64,000 nt of DNA from Candidatus Dormiibacterota bacterium (GCA_963754015.1 CAVWEG010000005.1:215206-279205); one strand, 5' to 3'; counted from the stretch's first letter, positions 48,924 through 59,132 are shown. Notes: a model not told the origin generated them from the letters alone. Numbers and translations are program-made.

Positions 48924-50558
48924 TTACGCGGACCCCACGCTGTCCATCACGTGGATGGGCTGGAAGATCTCCTCGGAGAGCTCCTCGCCTGATGTCGTCA
49001 AGTGCTCGAGGAATGTCGGCAGCACACCAGTCGGCATGTACGACCCGACGACCTTGCCGTCCTCATCGACGCCGACCTGCTTGTAGTTGAAGATGTCCTG
49101 CAGTTGCACTTCGTTGTTGTTGCAACCGAGCACTTCGGTGATGCTGACGATTTTGCGTGTTCCGTCGCGGAGGCGCGACTGCTGCACGACAACGTTCACC
49201 GCGGAGCCGATCTGCTCGCGAATCGCGCGTGACGGCAGCTCGGCGCCGGCCATGAGCACCAGCGTCTCGAGACGGCTGATGCAGTCGTGTGCGTTGTTTG
49301 CGTGGAGGGTCGTCAGCGACCCGTCATGGCCGGTGTTCATGGCCTGGAGCATGTCCAGCGCCTCGCCGCCACGGCACTCTCCGACGACGATGCGGTCCGG
49401 CCGCATACGCAACGAGTTGATGACCAGGTCGCGAATCGAGACGCGGCCTTTGCCTTCAACGTTTGCGGGCCGCGTTTCCAGCGTCACGACATGATCCTGC
49501 CGGAGCTGCAATTCCGCGGCATCCTCGATGGTGACGATGCGCTCGTCCTCGGGGATGAAGCTGCTCAGGATGTTGAGCGTCGTCGTCTTGCCGGAGCCGG
49601 TGCCGCCGCTGACAACGACGTTCAGCTTGCCGCGAACGCAGGCCCGAAGGAAATCGACCATGTCCTTGGTGATGGAGCCGTACTTGATCAGATCGTCGAT
49701 GGTCAGCGCTTCCTTGGCGAACTTTCGAATCGTCATGGTCGGCCCGCGCAGCGCGAGCGGCGGAATGATCACGTTGACACGGGATCCGTCCTTGAGCCGC
49801 GCGTCGACCATCGGCGACGACTCATCGACGCGCCTGCCGATGCTGGTGACGATTCGATCGATCACCTGCATCAGTTGCTGATCACTCTCGAACGATACGG
49901 GGCTCAGCGTGAGCTTGCCGTGCTGTTCGACGTAGATCTGCTTGTGGCTGTTGATCATGATTTCGGTCACTTCCTCGTTCGCGAGGAGTTCCTCGAGCGG
50001 TCCGAGTCCGAGCACGTCGTTGACGAGGATCTCGACGAGCCGCATCCGGTCCGGCCGGCTCATCGTCATGTTCTGCTCGGTGATGACGTCGTTGAGGATC
50101 TCCGAGATCCGCTGGCGAACGACCTCCGGCGGCACCGAGTTGGTGTCCTGCGCAAGCTCCTCGACGAGGCGCTGATGCACCTTGCCGCGAAGCGCGACGT
50201 GCGTGTTCGTGTGCCCGCCCATCTTGTTCAGACCGGGACGGCTCAAGCCGCCGCCGGTGCGGTTGAGCAGTGTTGGCGTGCGCGGCGCCTCGGCGGCCGG
50301 GCTCGGTCGCTCGGTCTCCGCAGGTCGGGCCGGCGCCTGCGGCGGTCGCATGGGAATCGGCGCGGGGGCCGGCTGCGGCGCCGGCGCCGGAACCGGCGCA
50401 CCGCCGTTCTGACGGGTTTGCCAGCCGGTGGGAGCGTAGCGGTCGTTATCGGGGTCTGGCGTGCGCTCCGGCGCCGGTGCCGGCGATGCCGGCGCGTGGG
50501 ATGGAGCGGGCGCGGGAGTGCCTTCTGCCTTACGCTGAACTCGGTCGAGAAGCGACAT
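48924..50558 (-). CDS. cpaF: CpaF/TadA-family secretion ATPase, long form (544 aa, Pro/Ala-rich disordered N-terminus plus helical bundle)
   Basis: MSLLDRVQRK..., VTEIMINSHKQIYVEQHGK, Walker A SGGTGSGKTTTLN, RIVVGECRGGEALDMLQAMNTGHDGSLTTLHAN. ATG 50558 preferred over GTG 50573. Confidence 0.92.
   Translation of the reverse strand: MSLLDRVQRKAEGTPAPAPSHAPASPAPAPERTPDPDNDRYAPTGWQTRQNGGAPVPAPAPQPAPAPIPMRPPQAPARPAETERPSPAAEAPRTPTLLNRTGGGLSRPGLNKMGGHTNTHVALRGKVHQRLVEELAQDTNSVPPEVVRQRISEILNDVITEQNMTMSRPDRMRLVEILVNDVLGLGPLEELLANEEVTEIMINSHKQIYVEQHGKLTLSPVSFESDQQLMQVIDRIVTSIGRRVDESSPMVDARLKDGSRVNVIIPPLALRGPTMTIRKFAKEALTIDDLIKYGSITKDMVDFLRACVRGKLNVVVSGGTGSGKTTTLNILSSFIPEDERIVTIEDAAELQLRQDHVVTLETRPANVEGKGRVSIRDLVINSLRMRPDRIVVGECRGGEALDMLQAMNTGHDGSLTTLHANNAHDCISRLETLVLMAGAELPSRAIREQIGSAVNVVVQQSRLRDGTRKIVSITEVLGCNNNEVQLQDIFNYKQVGVDEDGKVVGSYMPTGVLPTFLEHLTTSGEELSEEIFQPIHVMDSVGSA
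49305..49436 (-). repeat. arm 2 of the cpaF inverted near-identical segment
   Basis: Reverse complement aligns to 47665-47796 (see arm 1). Confidence 0.85.
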
Positions 50559-50742
50559 GAGAGCCCAGATCACCTCGTGTGATTACGATCGGATACCTGC
50601 CCGGAGGCTGAGAACTAGCATCCCCGGGATGCACGCGGAACGGTGCAACGATCCTGTCGAAGCACAGTCCCAGGGGCTCTGAGGGGATTAGATAGTGCCC
50701 GGCCGGAATCGATCGGTCGAAATTCGTGTGAAGGACTGTCAT

Positions 50743-51684
50743 ATGGAAGATCGGCCGGTGCCGTCGGCGTGGGACGAGCTGCAGCGAACCGCTCGAGCGG
50801 TGCGTTCGGAGCAGCCGGCTATCGCCGAGTCACGCCCGTGGGCGCACCTGGCCGCCGCCGTCCGTCCTGCCCTGATGACAATAGCGGTGCTCGCCGCCTG
50901 TGGCCTCGGAGTGGTCCATCTCGCGGGTGCTACCAAGATCGCCAGCGCGAACAGCGGCGCCGATGCCACGCTCTTCTCGCTCACCAACAGCGACCGGACG
51001 AGCAATGGCGTGCACTCGCTCGTCCAGAGCGGCACGCTCGAGTCGATCGGCGAGAACGCGCGCTATGACTGCAACGGCATCGAGATCAACGGACGCTCGG
51101 ACGACATGATCCAGCGCAACTACTTCGCGCATCCCATCCTGGGATGCGGCCAGCTCGTCTTCTCGATGATGCAGGCCTTCGGCGTCCATTACAAATCCGC
51201 CGGCGAGAACATCGGGTGGGTGAACAACGAGGGCAGCTCGAGCGCAGCAGCCTCCTATATCAACAGCGCGTTCATGAACAGCGCCGACCACCGGTCCAAC
51301 ATCCTCGACTCCAACTACACCGAGATGGGTGTCGGCTCGGACGAGAGCGCTCCCGGGGTGACGTGGACCGGGGTATCGCCCGGCTTCCAGAACGTCTGGA
51401 TGTTCAGCGAGGAGTTCGCCCAGGTCGGGACGGCCTCCGCTCCGCCCCCGCGCAAGACACCCAAGCCCGCACCGGGCGGCAGGAACTCCCCGGCGCCGGC
51501 CACTCCAGGCGTCCCCCCGGCGGCCACCGCGGTGCCGACCGCAGCGGCGGTCCCGACAGCGACGCCGTTCGCCGTCCCGGCCGGCAGCCTTCCCCAGGAT
51601 CTCCCCGCTCCACCGATCACCCAGTACGAAGGGCTCCTCCCGAACAGCATCGAGTCCGTGCTCGAAGCATTCCTGACGTTTTAG
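50743..51684 (+). CDS. membrane-anchored CAP/SCP/PR-1-like domain protein with Pro-rich C-terminal region
   Basis: TM anchor ALMTIAVLAACGLGVVHLAG. CAP motifs NSDRTSNGVHSL, DMIQRNYFAHP, AGENIGW and MNSADHRSNILDSNYTEMGVG. ATG follows AAGGA. Confidence 0.8.
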   Translation: MEDRPVPSAWDELQRTARAVRSEQPAIAESRPWAHLAAAVRPALMTIAVLAACGLGVVHLAGATKIASANSGADATLFSLTNSDRTSNGVHSLVQSGTLESIGENARYDCNGIEINGRSDDMIQRNYFAHPILGCGQLVFSMMQAFGVHYKSAGENIGWVNNEGSSSAAASYINSAFMNSADHRSNILDSNYTEMGVGSDESAPGVTWTGVSPGFQNVWMFSEEFAQVGTASAPPPRKTPKPAPGGRNSPAPATPGVPPAATAVPTAAAVPTATPFAVPAGSLPQDLPAPPITQYEGLLPNSIESVLEAFLTF

Positions 51685-51707
51685 TCCACTTTCCGGCAAC
51701 GAGGGCC

Positions 51708-52544
51708 ATGACCCTGACTCAGCTCGGCACTGTCGAACCGCCCTCGGGCGACGCCGCGGACAGCATCGTCGTCGCCTCGGGACTCCACAAGGTCTACCGG
51801 GTCAGCCGGCCGCCCCGCGAGGCCATCAAGGGTGTCTCGCTCACCGTGCATGCGGGCGAGTTCATCGCGATCATGGGCCCGAGCGGCTGCGGCAAGAGCA
51901 CCCTGCTGCACATCCTCGGCGGCCTCGAGCCCCCCGATCAGGGGACTGTCGAGGTCCAGGGCATCGACATGTACGCCCTGGGCGACGAGGAACGATCCGC
52001 GTTCCGGCGCGATCACATCGGGGTGGTCTTCCAGTTCTTCAACCTGCTCCCGACGCTGACGGCGGCGGAGAACGTGGCGCTGCCGCTCCGTCTCCGCAAT
52101 GACGCGCCGGCCAGGCATCGCCAGAAACTCTCGCGGCAGGCGATCGGCGACCGGGTCGACGCGCTCATGGAGCAACTCAACCTCCACGGCCTCCAGGGTC
52201 ACGGCCCCGAGGAGATCTCTGGCGGCGAGCAGCAGCGCGTCGCGCTCGCCCGCGCCCTGGCAGCGTCACCGTCGCTGCTCCTCGCCGACGAACCGACCGG
52301 CAACCTCGACTGGACGAGCGGTCATGAGGTGATGGCGCTGCTGACCCGTCTCTGCCGTCAGGAGCACCAGACCGCGGTCCTCGTCACCCACGACGCCCGC
52401 GTCGCTGCGTACGCCGATCGCGTCCTGGTGATGCGTGACGGCGCCGTCGTCGATGAGGTGGCACTGAGCCATGAGGGCCAGGTCCCCGACGCGATCCCCG
52501 ATGCGGGAGTCCTCGTCGCGAGGCTCGCCAAGCTCGACCTGTGA
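51708..52544 (+). CDS. ABC transporter ATP-binding protein (MacB/LolD/FtsE-like)
   Basis: [46 protein letters not shown] 51708 follows GAGGG; the longer ORF is a run-on. Confidence 0.92.
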   Translation: MTLTQLGTVEPPSGDAADSIVVASGLHKVYRVSRPPREAIKGVSLTVHAGEFIAIMGPSGCGKSTLLHILGGLEPPDQGTVEVQGIDMYALGDEERSAFRRDHIGVVFQFFNLLPTLTAAENVALPLRLRNDAPARHRQKLSRQAIGDRVDALMEQLNLHGLQGHGPEEISGGEQQRVALARALAASPSLLLADEPTGNLDWTSGHEVMALLTRLCRQEHQTAVLVTHDARVAAYADRVLVMRDGAVVDEVALSHEGQVPDAIPDAGVLVARLAKLDL

Positions 52545-55027
52545 GCGAGATCTGGCTGCTGGCCGTGCGCGCCGTGCGTGCGCGCCCGCTCCGCAGCACG
52601 CTGACGGCAGTCGCGGTCGCGCTCGGCATCGCCGTCGTCCTTGCGGTCCAGATCGCCATCCAGGGCCTGACCGTCCAGGCCGGCGAAGCGCAGGCGCAGC
52701 AGGCGGGAGCGTCGTCGCTCGACGTGCGAGTGGACGCCGGCTCGGGCCTCACGACGGCGCAGATCACGACCCTGGGAGATCTCCCGGGCGTGCTGCAGGC
52801 CGTGCCGCTCCACGAGAAACAGGTCGCGGCCGGACCGGCCGGTGGCAGCCTCGTCGGCGATGCGGTGACGCTCGTCGGGCTCCAGAATTCGAGCGCCGCG
52901 CTGCGCAGCGTGACGGTGGTCTCTGGACGGCTGCCGCTGCCGGGCAACACCGCAGAGGTCGCCATGGATCAGGGGCTTGCCTCCGTGCTCACCGGCGGGG
53001 TCGGCAGTCCGATCGGGATCGGTCAGAAGATTCAGATGATCACCACAACCGGCCCGGACGCCTTCACCGTGGTGGGCTTCACTGCCGGGACGAGTGGCGG
53101 GCCGTCCTTCACCCATAACGCGGTCTTCATCGACGACGCGGCGATGACCGGCATCTTCGGGTCGGGGCTGCGGACGCCACTCGTGGCGTTGCGCTTCGGC
53201 CCTGGTGCCACGGTTGCGGCGGTCTCGCGCGAGGTGCATACGCAGTTCGGGGCGAGCGTGACGACGTACGACCCGCGCGCCGGATCGGCCGAGCCGCTCC
53301 AGGACATCGAGCCGATGCTCCTGCTGGTGACGGTCCTCAGCCTCATCGTCGGCGCGGGAGTCACCGCGAACAGCGCGGCGCTCGCGGCGTTCGAACGGCG
53401 CCGGGAGATCGGGCTGCTTCGTGCAGCGGGCGCCTCCTCGCGGCAGGTGTTCCGGCTCTTCGCCGCGGAGGTCGGCGTCGTCGCCGTCGCAGGCGTTCCG
53501 ATCGGCATCGCCGGCGGCATCCTGCTTGGCGCCGCGTTCCAGGCCGGCATCGCGCCCGGCGACCTTGCTCCGCCACCGCTCATGCCGACCGCGCTCCAGA
53601 TCATTGCGGCAGTGATCGCCGGCCTTGGGTCCGCGCTGGTGGGCGGCCTGCTGCCGGCGTTCGCGGCCGCACGGCTGCCCATCCTCACAGCCCTTCGCCC
53701 CCACCCCATCGGCGCCAATCAGCACACCAGTCCGATCGTCATCGTCGGAGCTCCCGCGTTCCTCATCATCGCGGCGTTGTGCTTCATCAGCACCAACAGC
53801 GGCGTTGTCGCGTTCGGCGTCGTGGCGTTCCTGCTCGGCATCGTGATGTCCTTGCCGGTCGTCGCGCCAATGCTCATCCGGCTGATCGCCACGGTGCTGT
53901 CCCCCTTCGTCACGGGCGCGATCCCCGGCGCCGACCACCTGGCGCGCGCACGGAACCGAACAGCCATCACCGCCGCCGGACTGGCGGTGAGCGTCGCGAC
54001 GGCTGTCGGTGTGAGTGCGCTGAGCGCTGGAGCGCTGAGCGCCAGCGACACCTGGATCGCCAATCTCTTCGTCGGCAACGTGCTCGTGAGCAGCCCGGTG
54101 ACGCAGGGTGACGCGGTGGCATCCGCCATCGCCAGCAGCCCGGGTGTCAGCCGGGCGACTCCGATGCGTCTCCTCTCGGAGACCGTCGCCGGCGCATCGG
54201 AGGGCGTCGCCGCGATCGACCCCGGTGCATATGCCGCCTACGGCGGTTTCGAGGTCATCTCCTCCAACCGAACTGCAGCGCTCGCCGCACTCGAAAATGG
54301 GCCGAGCTTCCTCGAGCCTGCCGGTCTGGCGGCGGCCACCGGCTGGACCGTCGGTTCCCAACTGCCGGTCGCGACTGTCCAGGGCACCGTCTATTTCACG
54401 ATCGTCGGCGTCGTCAGCCACTCCTTCCCTGCCGGCGACGGCAGCGAGAGCCTCGTGATGGCCGACGATCTGGCGCGCACGTACTTCGGCACAGCAGCCG
54501 CGGGGTTTGACGACCTCATGATCACCAGCGGGTCGGCAGCGACCGTGGCGGCGACCGCCGCGAGCTATGGGATGCAGGCGGTCCCCATCTCGGTCATCGC
54601 AGCAGACGCACGCGAAGCGCTCGGACATTCGATCGGCCTGGTGCTCGCGGTGGCGGTCATCGCCGTCCTCATTGCCATGCTCGCGGTCATCAACACATTG
54701 CTGGTCAACGTCCGCGAGGGCACGCGTGAGCTTGCACTGCTCCGCGCGGTCGGCCTGGGGAGCCGGCAGGCCATGCGCCGCGTGCTGACGGAGTCGGGGC
54801 TGCTTGCCGGGACCGCGACTCTCATCGGCGTCGGGGCAGGCTGCATCATGGCGCTGCCGATGCTTCGTGCGACCACGACTCCCGAGTTCGTTCCGGCGTT
54901 CGGCTTTCCGCTCGAGACAGTCCTGGTGCTCATCGCGATCGTGGTGCTCGGCGCGGTGGTCGCCACCATCGGTCCAGCGCGCAGAGCGGTGCGAATCTCA
55001 GTGCTCAGCGCGCTGCGACACGAGTAG
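52541..55027 (+). CDS. ABC transporter permease with two FtsX-type domains (828 aa)
   Basis: GTG overlaps the ATPase stop (GTGA). Two 4-TM FtsX-like modules are each preceded by a large extracytoplasmic loop. Confidence 0.85.
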   Translation: MSEIWLLAVRAVRARPLRSTLTAVAVALGIAVVLAVQIAIQGLTVQAGEAQAQQAGASSLDVRVDAGSGLTTAQITTLGDLPGVLQAVPLHEKQVAAGPAGGSLVGDAVTLVGLQNSSAALRSVTVVSGRLPLPGNTAEVAMDQGLASVLTGGVGSPIGIGQKIQMITTTGPDAFTVVGFTAGTSGGPSFTHNAVFIDDAAMTGIFGSGLRTPLVALRFGPGATVAAVSREVHTQFGASVTTYDPRAGSAEPLQDIEPMLLLVTVLSLIVGAGVTANSAALAAFERRREIGLLRAAGASSRQVFRLFAAEVGVVAVAGVPIGIAGGILLGAAFQAGIAPGDLAPPPLMPTALQIIAAVIAGLGSALVGGLLPAFAAARLPILTALRPHPIGANQHTSPIVIVGAPAFLIIAALCFISTNSGVVAFGVVAFLLGIVMSLPVVAPMLIRLIATVLSPFVTGAIPGADHLARARNRTAITAAGLAVSVATAVGVSALSAGALSASDTWIANLFVGNVLVSSPVTQGDAVASAIASSPGVSRATPMRLLSETVAGASEGVAAIDPGAYAAYGGFEVISSNRTAALAALENGPSFLEPAGLAAATGWTVGSQLPVATVQGTVYFTIVGVVSHSFPAGDGSESLVMADDLARTYFGTAAAGFDDLMITSGSAATVAATAASYGMQAVPISVIAADAREALGHSIGLVLAVAVIAVLIAMLAVINTLLVNVREGTRELALLRAVGLGSRQAMRRVLTESGLLAGTATLIGVGAGCIMALPMLRATTTPEFVPAFGFPLETVLVLIAIVVLGAVVATIGPARRAVRISVLSALRHE

Positions 55028-55033
55028 CGCGCG

Positions 55034-55651
55034 ATGCGCCGCCTTGGCGGGTGGGGGCTTGCCGTGCTGGCGTTCGTGGTCGCGCTCTCCGGATGCGGGA
55101 GCGCCACTGCCGCGCTCGCGACCGGCAATCCGACTAGCTACCTGATCACCATTGATCAACTGGTCGCGCCGGACTTCACCGTTTCCAGCCCAGCCGCGCA
55201 GGTAAGTGCGAGCACGCTGGCGAATGGCGACCCGGTTGCCGCGGCTCAGCTCAATCTGAACGGTCTTCAGGCCGCTGCCAGTGTTGAGTACCAACGCGCC
55301 GTCGAATTCTCAACCGCCGACGGCCCGCTCGACGTCGTCGCGACAGCGGAGCGGTTCGCAACTGCGGCGGGCGCGACCAGCGAGTACAAAGCCGGCGTCC
55401 AGCAACTCGATGCACAACCCGGTGCGACGCCGGCTTCCACCGGACCGCTCGGTGATCAGGCGCACTCCATCAGCATCGTCAAGACCACGTCTGCGGGACT
55501 CCAGGCGGTGGAGATCACCCTGGAGTGGCGTGTCGGCAACATCGTCAACATCATCATTACGCGCGGTCGATACGGCGGTACGCGGCTCGACGATGCGCTG
55601 ATCCTCGCCAACTTGCAGACTGCGAACGAGAATGAGGGGAGTGCTTCGTAG
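55034..55651 (+). CDS. lipoprotein (205 aa)
   Basis: Signal peptide with lipobox MRRLGGWGLAVLAFVVALSGC. Co-oriented, 6 nt after the permease. Confidence 0.7.
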   Translation: MRRLGGWGLAVLAFVVALSGCGSATAALATGNPTSYLITIDQLVAPDFTVSSPAAQVSASTLANGDPVAAAQLNLNGLQAAASVEYQRAVEFSTADGPLDVVATAERFATAAGATSEYKAGVQQLDAQPGATPASTGPLGDQAHSISIVKTTSAGLQAVEITLEWRVGNIVNIIITRGRYGGTRLDDALILANLQTANENEGSAS

Positions 55652-55669
55652 TCGTTGCGCCGCAACGTC

Positions 55670-56443
55670 TCAGCCCTTGGTCGGCTCCCAGCGAAACTTC
55701 AGCACGCACACCACCACAGCAGCGGCGCCCCACGCCGCCATGATCAGCAGATCGGTGCCGTTGAAGCCGCTCGACGACTGACGGCCGGGGTCGAACGCGG
55801 TGAACATCCCGTCGATGAAGTGGCGCACCGGGAACCACTCGGCGATCTTCGCGAGCACGTTGGACGGCGCCACGGGAAAGAACGTTCCCGAGATGAACAC
55901 GATGGGCAGGAACACACCGTTGACGATTGCAGGAGCTGCTTCGGCATTGGGAATCGCAATCGTCATCGCCAGGCCGAGCGCGCAGAACGACAGGGCGCCG
56001 ACTGCGATCGTCGCCGCCGCGGCGCCGAAATGCTCGGGAACGTGCACGCCGTACACGAGAATGCCGAATCCCGTCGTGAGCACGGCGAGGACGACGCTGA
56101 CGATGATCGATGACCCGATGACACCGGCGATGAACGCCCAGGGTGGCAGCGGCGTGCCGCGCAAGCGTTTGAGGATCCCGTTGTCGCGACGAAGCGAGAT
56201 GGTGACCGCGATGTTGGTGAAACACGCACCCATGACACCGAATGCGACGAGTGCAGGAATGTAGTAGTTGTCATATGACGTTCTGACGGTGCCGATCTGC
56301 ACCGTCTGACCTTTGAACAGGCTGGCGAACACAACCAGGAAGATGATCGGGAACAGGAATGCGAAGAACGCGGCTGCGGGGTTGCGCCAGAACGATTTTT
56401 GCTCGAACTCGACCTGGTGCAGCGCCACCGTTGTGTTGTTCAT
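55670..56443 (-). CDS. ABC-2 type exporter permease
   Basis: 257 aa, 6 TM segments. ATG overlaps the upstream ATPase stop (ATGA). Confidence 0.85.
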   Translation of the reverse strand: MNNTTVALHQVEFEQKSFWRNPAAAFFAFLFPIIFLVVFASLFKGQTVQIGTVRTSYDNYYIPALVAFGVMGACFTNIAVTISLRRDNGILKRLRGTPLPPWAFIAGVIGSSIIVSVVLAVLTTGFGILVYGVHVPEHFGAAAATIAVGALSFCALGLAMTIAIPNAEAAPAIVNGVFLPIVFISGTFFPVAPSNVLAKIAEWFPVRHFIDGMFTAFDPGRQSSSGFNGTDLLIMAAWGAAAVVVCVLKFRWEPTKG

Positions 56444-57369
56444 GGGGTGTCGACTCCGGCAGGCTGACCGGCATCAGTCACATCGCGGTCCGTCAGCTCC
56501 AGATACACATCTTCCAGTGATGGACGGGTCACTTCCAGGTTGGGCAGCTCGATACCTTGCGCCACGGCCCACGTCGTGAGGTCGCGCAGACTCCGCGTCG
56601 GTGTCTGCGTCTCGATGATGGCCATGCCGTTGCTCATCGTCAGCGCCATCGGCACCGTTGCGGCTTCGATGCCGGCAGGCAGCTCGAAACGAATGTGCGT
56701 GCGTTGTTCGGTCTGCGCGCGGAGCGTCTCCGGGGTTCCCTCGGCAACGACCTTGCCTGCCGCGATGACGCAGATGCGGTCGGCGAGGTACTGCGCCTCA
56801 TCCATGTAGTGGGTTGTGAGGACGATGGTCTTGCCGAGCGTGCGCATGTTGCGCACCACCTCCCAGGCCGCGCGCCGCGCCGATGGGTCGAACCCGGTGG
56901 TCGGCTCGTCGAGAAAGATGAGCTCGGGGTCGCCGACGAGCCCGAGCGCGACGTCGAGACGTCGCTGCTGGCCGCCCGACAGCTTGCGGACGCGCTCGCC
57001 GGCCTTCTCGGTCAGCCCGACCAGCTCGATGATCTCGTCGGCCGGGCGGGGTGACGGGTAGTAGCCGCGATAGAGCTCGACGAGCTCTCGCACCGAAAGC
57101 ATCGGCGGCACCGCGGCCTCCTGGAGGACGAGCCCGACCCGCTCACGGAGCCTCCTGCCGCCCACCTGCGGGTCGATCCCGAGGACGGTGACGTTGCCCG
57201 CGTCGCGGTGCCGGTACCCCTCGAGAATCTCGATCGTCGTGGTCTTGCCCGCACCGTTGGGACCGAGCAGACCGAAGACCTCCCCCTCCTCGACGTTGAA
57301 GCTCACGCCACGCACAGCTTCGAGGGCGCCATACGACTTGCGCAGGCCGTCAACCACGATCGCTGGCAC
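56440..57369 (-). CDS. ABC transporter ATP-binding protein (DrrA/CcmA-like)
   Basis: GLLGPNGAGKTTTIEIL, LSGGQQRRLDVALGL, IFLDEPTTGFD. GTG 57369, 9 nt after GGGGAG, is preferred to GTG 57402. Confidence 0.9.
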   Translation of the reverse strand: MPAIVVDGLRKSYGALEAVRGVSFNVEEGEVFGLLGPNGAGKTTTIEILEGYRHRDAGNVTVLGIDPQVGGRRLRERVGLVLQEAAVPPMLSVRELVELYRGYYPSPRPADEIIELVGLTEKAGERVRKLSGGQQRRLDVALGLVGDPELIFLDEPTTGFDPSARRAAWEVVRNMRTLGKTIVLTTHYMDEAQYLADRICVIAAGKVVAEGTPETLRAQTEQRTHIRFELPAGIEAATVPMALTMSNGMAIIETQTPTRSLRDLTTWAVAQGIELPNLEVTRPSLEDVYLELTDRDVTDAGQPAGVDTP

Positions 57370-57464
57370 CCGATGTGTCTCCCCTGTATGACGAGCGGTC
57401 ACAGAGTCGTTGCGCCATGGTGCCAGAGACAGGCGTCGAGGCCGACGACAATTGGCCGCAGCGC

Positions 57465-59132
57465 ATGACCATGACTACAACCAACGTGGAGATCCTGCGC
57501 CAGGGCTGGCTCGATGCTGCCTCCGCCCTGGCACCCGGCCTCCAATCGCTCCCTGAAGTCCTCGAGAACGGTCTCGACGCGGCTGTCGTGGACGAACGCC
57601 TGGACGAGCAGTCGCTCCTCCGGGTGGTCACCGATGTCACCTCGTCCGCGGCCGATTCGCTGCCCGCTGAGGAGTTGTACTTCCTCACGCGCCGCCTGCA
57701 GCGCGCCGTCTACGAGTATCTGCTCTCCCTTGATGCGCTGCCGGAACCGCCACAGCGACGCGACGGCTCGAACGGCCACTCGACTGCCGACACGACTCTC
57801 ATCGGTGCCGAGGAAGTCGCAGCGCTGAGCCGCAACGGCGTCGTCAAGGTCAAGGGCGACCCGGCGCACGCGCTCGAGACGATCGCGCGGCCGATCCAGG
57901 AACCGGAGCACACAGAGCCGGAACCCGCTGAGCCCGAACACGCAGAGCCCGAACACGCCGAGCCGAAGCCACGATCAGCCAGCGACGTCGAGGCCGGTCT
58001 CGCCGAGCTCGACGCGCAGCTGAGCCCCGACGAATTCGAGCCCGAGGACGAGGCGCCCGCGACCATCGACGCGATCGAGACGACGCCGGAGCCCGAGGTG
58101 ACCGCTGAGACCGAGGCGACGGCAGAGCAGACGGCCGAGCCGGCGCCGGAGCCGTCGACCCGCCCTGCCTTCACGTTGTTCCGGCGTACCGGTGCCAAGA
58201 CACCGCAGGCCGCCGTCGAATCCAACGGACATGCTCAGACAGAAGCGTCGGCTGACACCGACGCGACCACGGTCATCGAGCCCGTGGCTACGTCGAACGG
58301 CAGCGCGCCGGCCGAGACCGCAAACGGCTCCGAGCCACACACCGACACCCCAACGCCTGAGAGCGAACAGGCCTTCGTCGCGCCACGCGATGGATTTCAC
58401 CTCAACGACCTGGCTGACTTCGCCGTTGTCCAGCGCGCGGCTGCGCCTGCTGCCGCTGCGGCGGACACCCCCGTCGAGGTCGCGCCCGTCGCAGAGGCTG
58501 AGGCCGAAGTTGTCGACGAGCCGGCGCCCGTCGCTGAGGCTGCGCCGGCCCCCGTCGACATCGCCGCGACGCCCTCGACCGACGAAGCCCCCAATGGCGC
58601 CGCGGCGCGCGGCTGGAGGCTTCGCGACGACGACGCCGACCAGGCGCAGGACGCGTCGGCCGACCGCTCCGCTGAGGACGATCGCTTCGAAACCGATCCC
58701 GAGGTTGTTGAAGCCCGCCTCGAGATCAACGACCGGCTGCGACGCAAACGATGCGACGAAGCCGCCGCGCTGTTGCAGCGTCTCGCGAACGACGTCGGTG
58801 GGCGCGCGCTCGCCGAGCTGGCGCTCGACGCCGGCGACCGTTGCCGCGCGCTCGGCAAAGGCAACGCGGCCTTGAGCTGCTACCTCGCCGCATCGCGTGC
58901 GGACCCCGTCCACGAGACACCGCTGTTGCGTCTCGCCGACATCTGCATCGACGACCACGACATCGATCTCGCGGTGTCGTACCTCGAACGCGTGACACGC
59001 CTTCGCCGTTTGCGCAATGACGACAAGGGTGCACTCAAGCTCTATCGAAAGATCGTGACCATCGCGCCGTACCGCGACGACATTCTTGCGATGTTGATGC
59101 GCGCGCAGGCAAATGGTCGCTTCGACGAATAG
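57465..59132 (+). CDS. acidic disordered protein with folded N-terminus and C-terminal TPR-like domain (about 555 aa)
   Basis: E/P/A/T-rich middle with EPEHA pentapeptide repeats (about 57900-57970). The C-terminus reads ...RCDEAAALLQRLANDVGGRALAELALDAGDRCRALGKGNAALSCYLAASRADP...KGALKLYRKIVTIAPYRDDILAMLMRAQ. The start is uncertain (ATG 57417, 57465 or 57471). Confidence 0.65.
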   Translation: MTMTTTNVEILRQGWLDAASALAPGLQSLPEVLENGLDAAVVDERLDEQSLLRVVTDVTSSAADSLPAEELYFLTRRLQRAVYEYLLSLDALPEPPQRRDGSNGHSTADTTLIGAEEVAALSRNGVVKVKGDPAHALETIARPIQEPEHTEPEPAEPEHAEPEHAEPKPRSASDVEAGLAELDAQLSPDEFEPEDEAPATIDAIETTPEPEVTAETEATAEQTAEPAPEPSTRPAFTLFRRTGAKTPQAAVESNGHAQTEASADTDATTVIEPVATSNGSAPAETANGSEPHTDTPTPESEQAFVAPRDGFHLNDLADFAVVQRAAAPAAAAADTPVEVAPVAEAEAEVVDEPAPVAEAAPAPVDIAATPSTDEAPNGAAARGWRLRDDDADQAQDASADRSAEDDRFETDPEVVEARLEINDRLRRKRCDEAAALLQRLANDVGGRALAELALDAGDRCRALGKGNAALSCYLAASRADPVHETPLLRLADICIDDHDIDLAVSYLERVTRLRRLRNDDKGALKLYRKIVTIAPYRDDILAMLMRAQANGRFDE

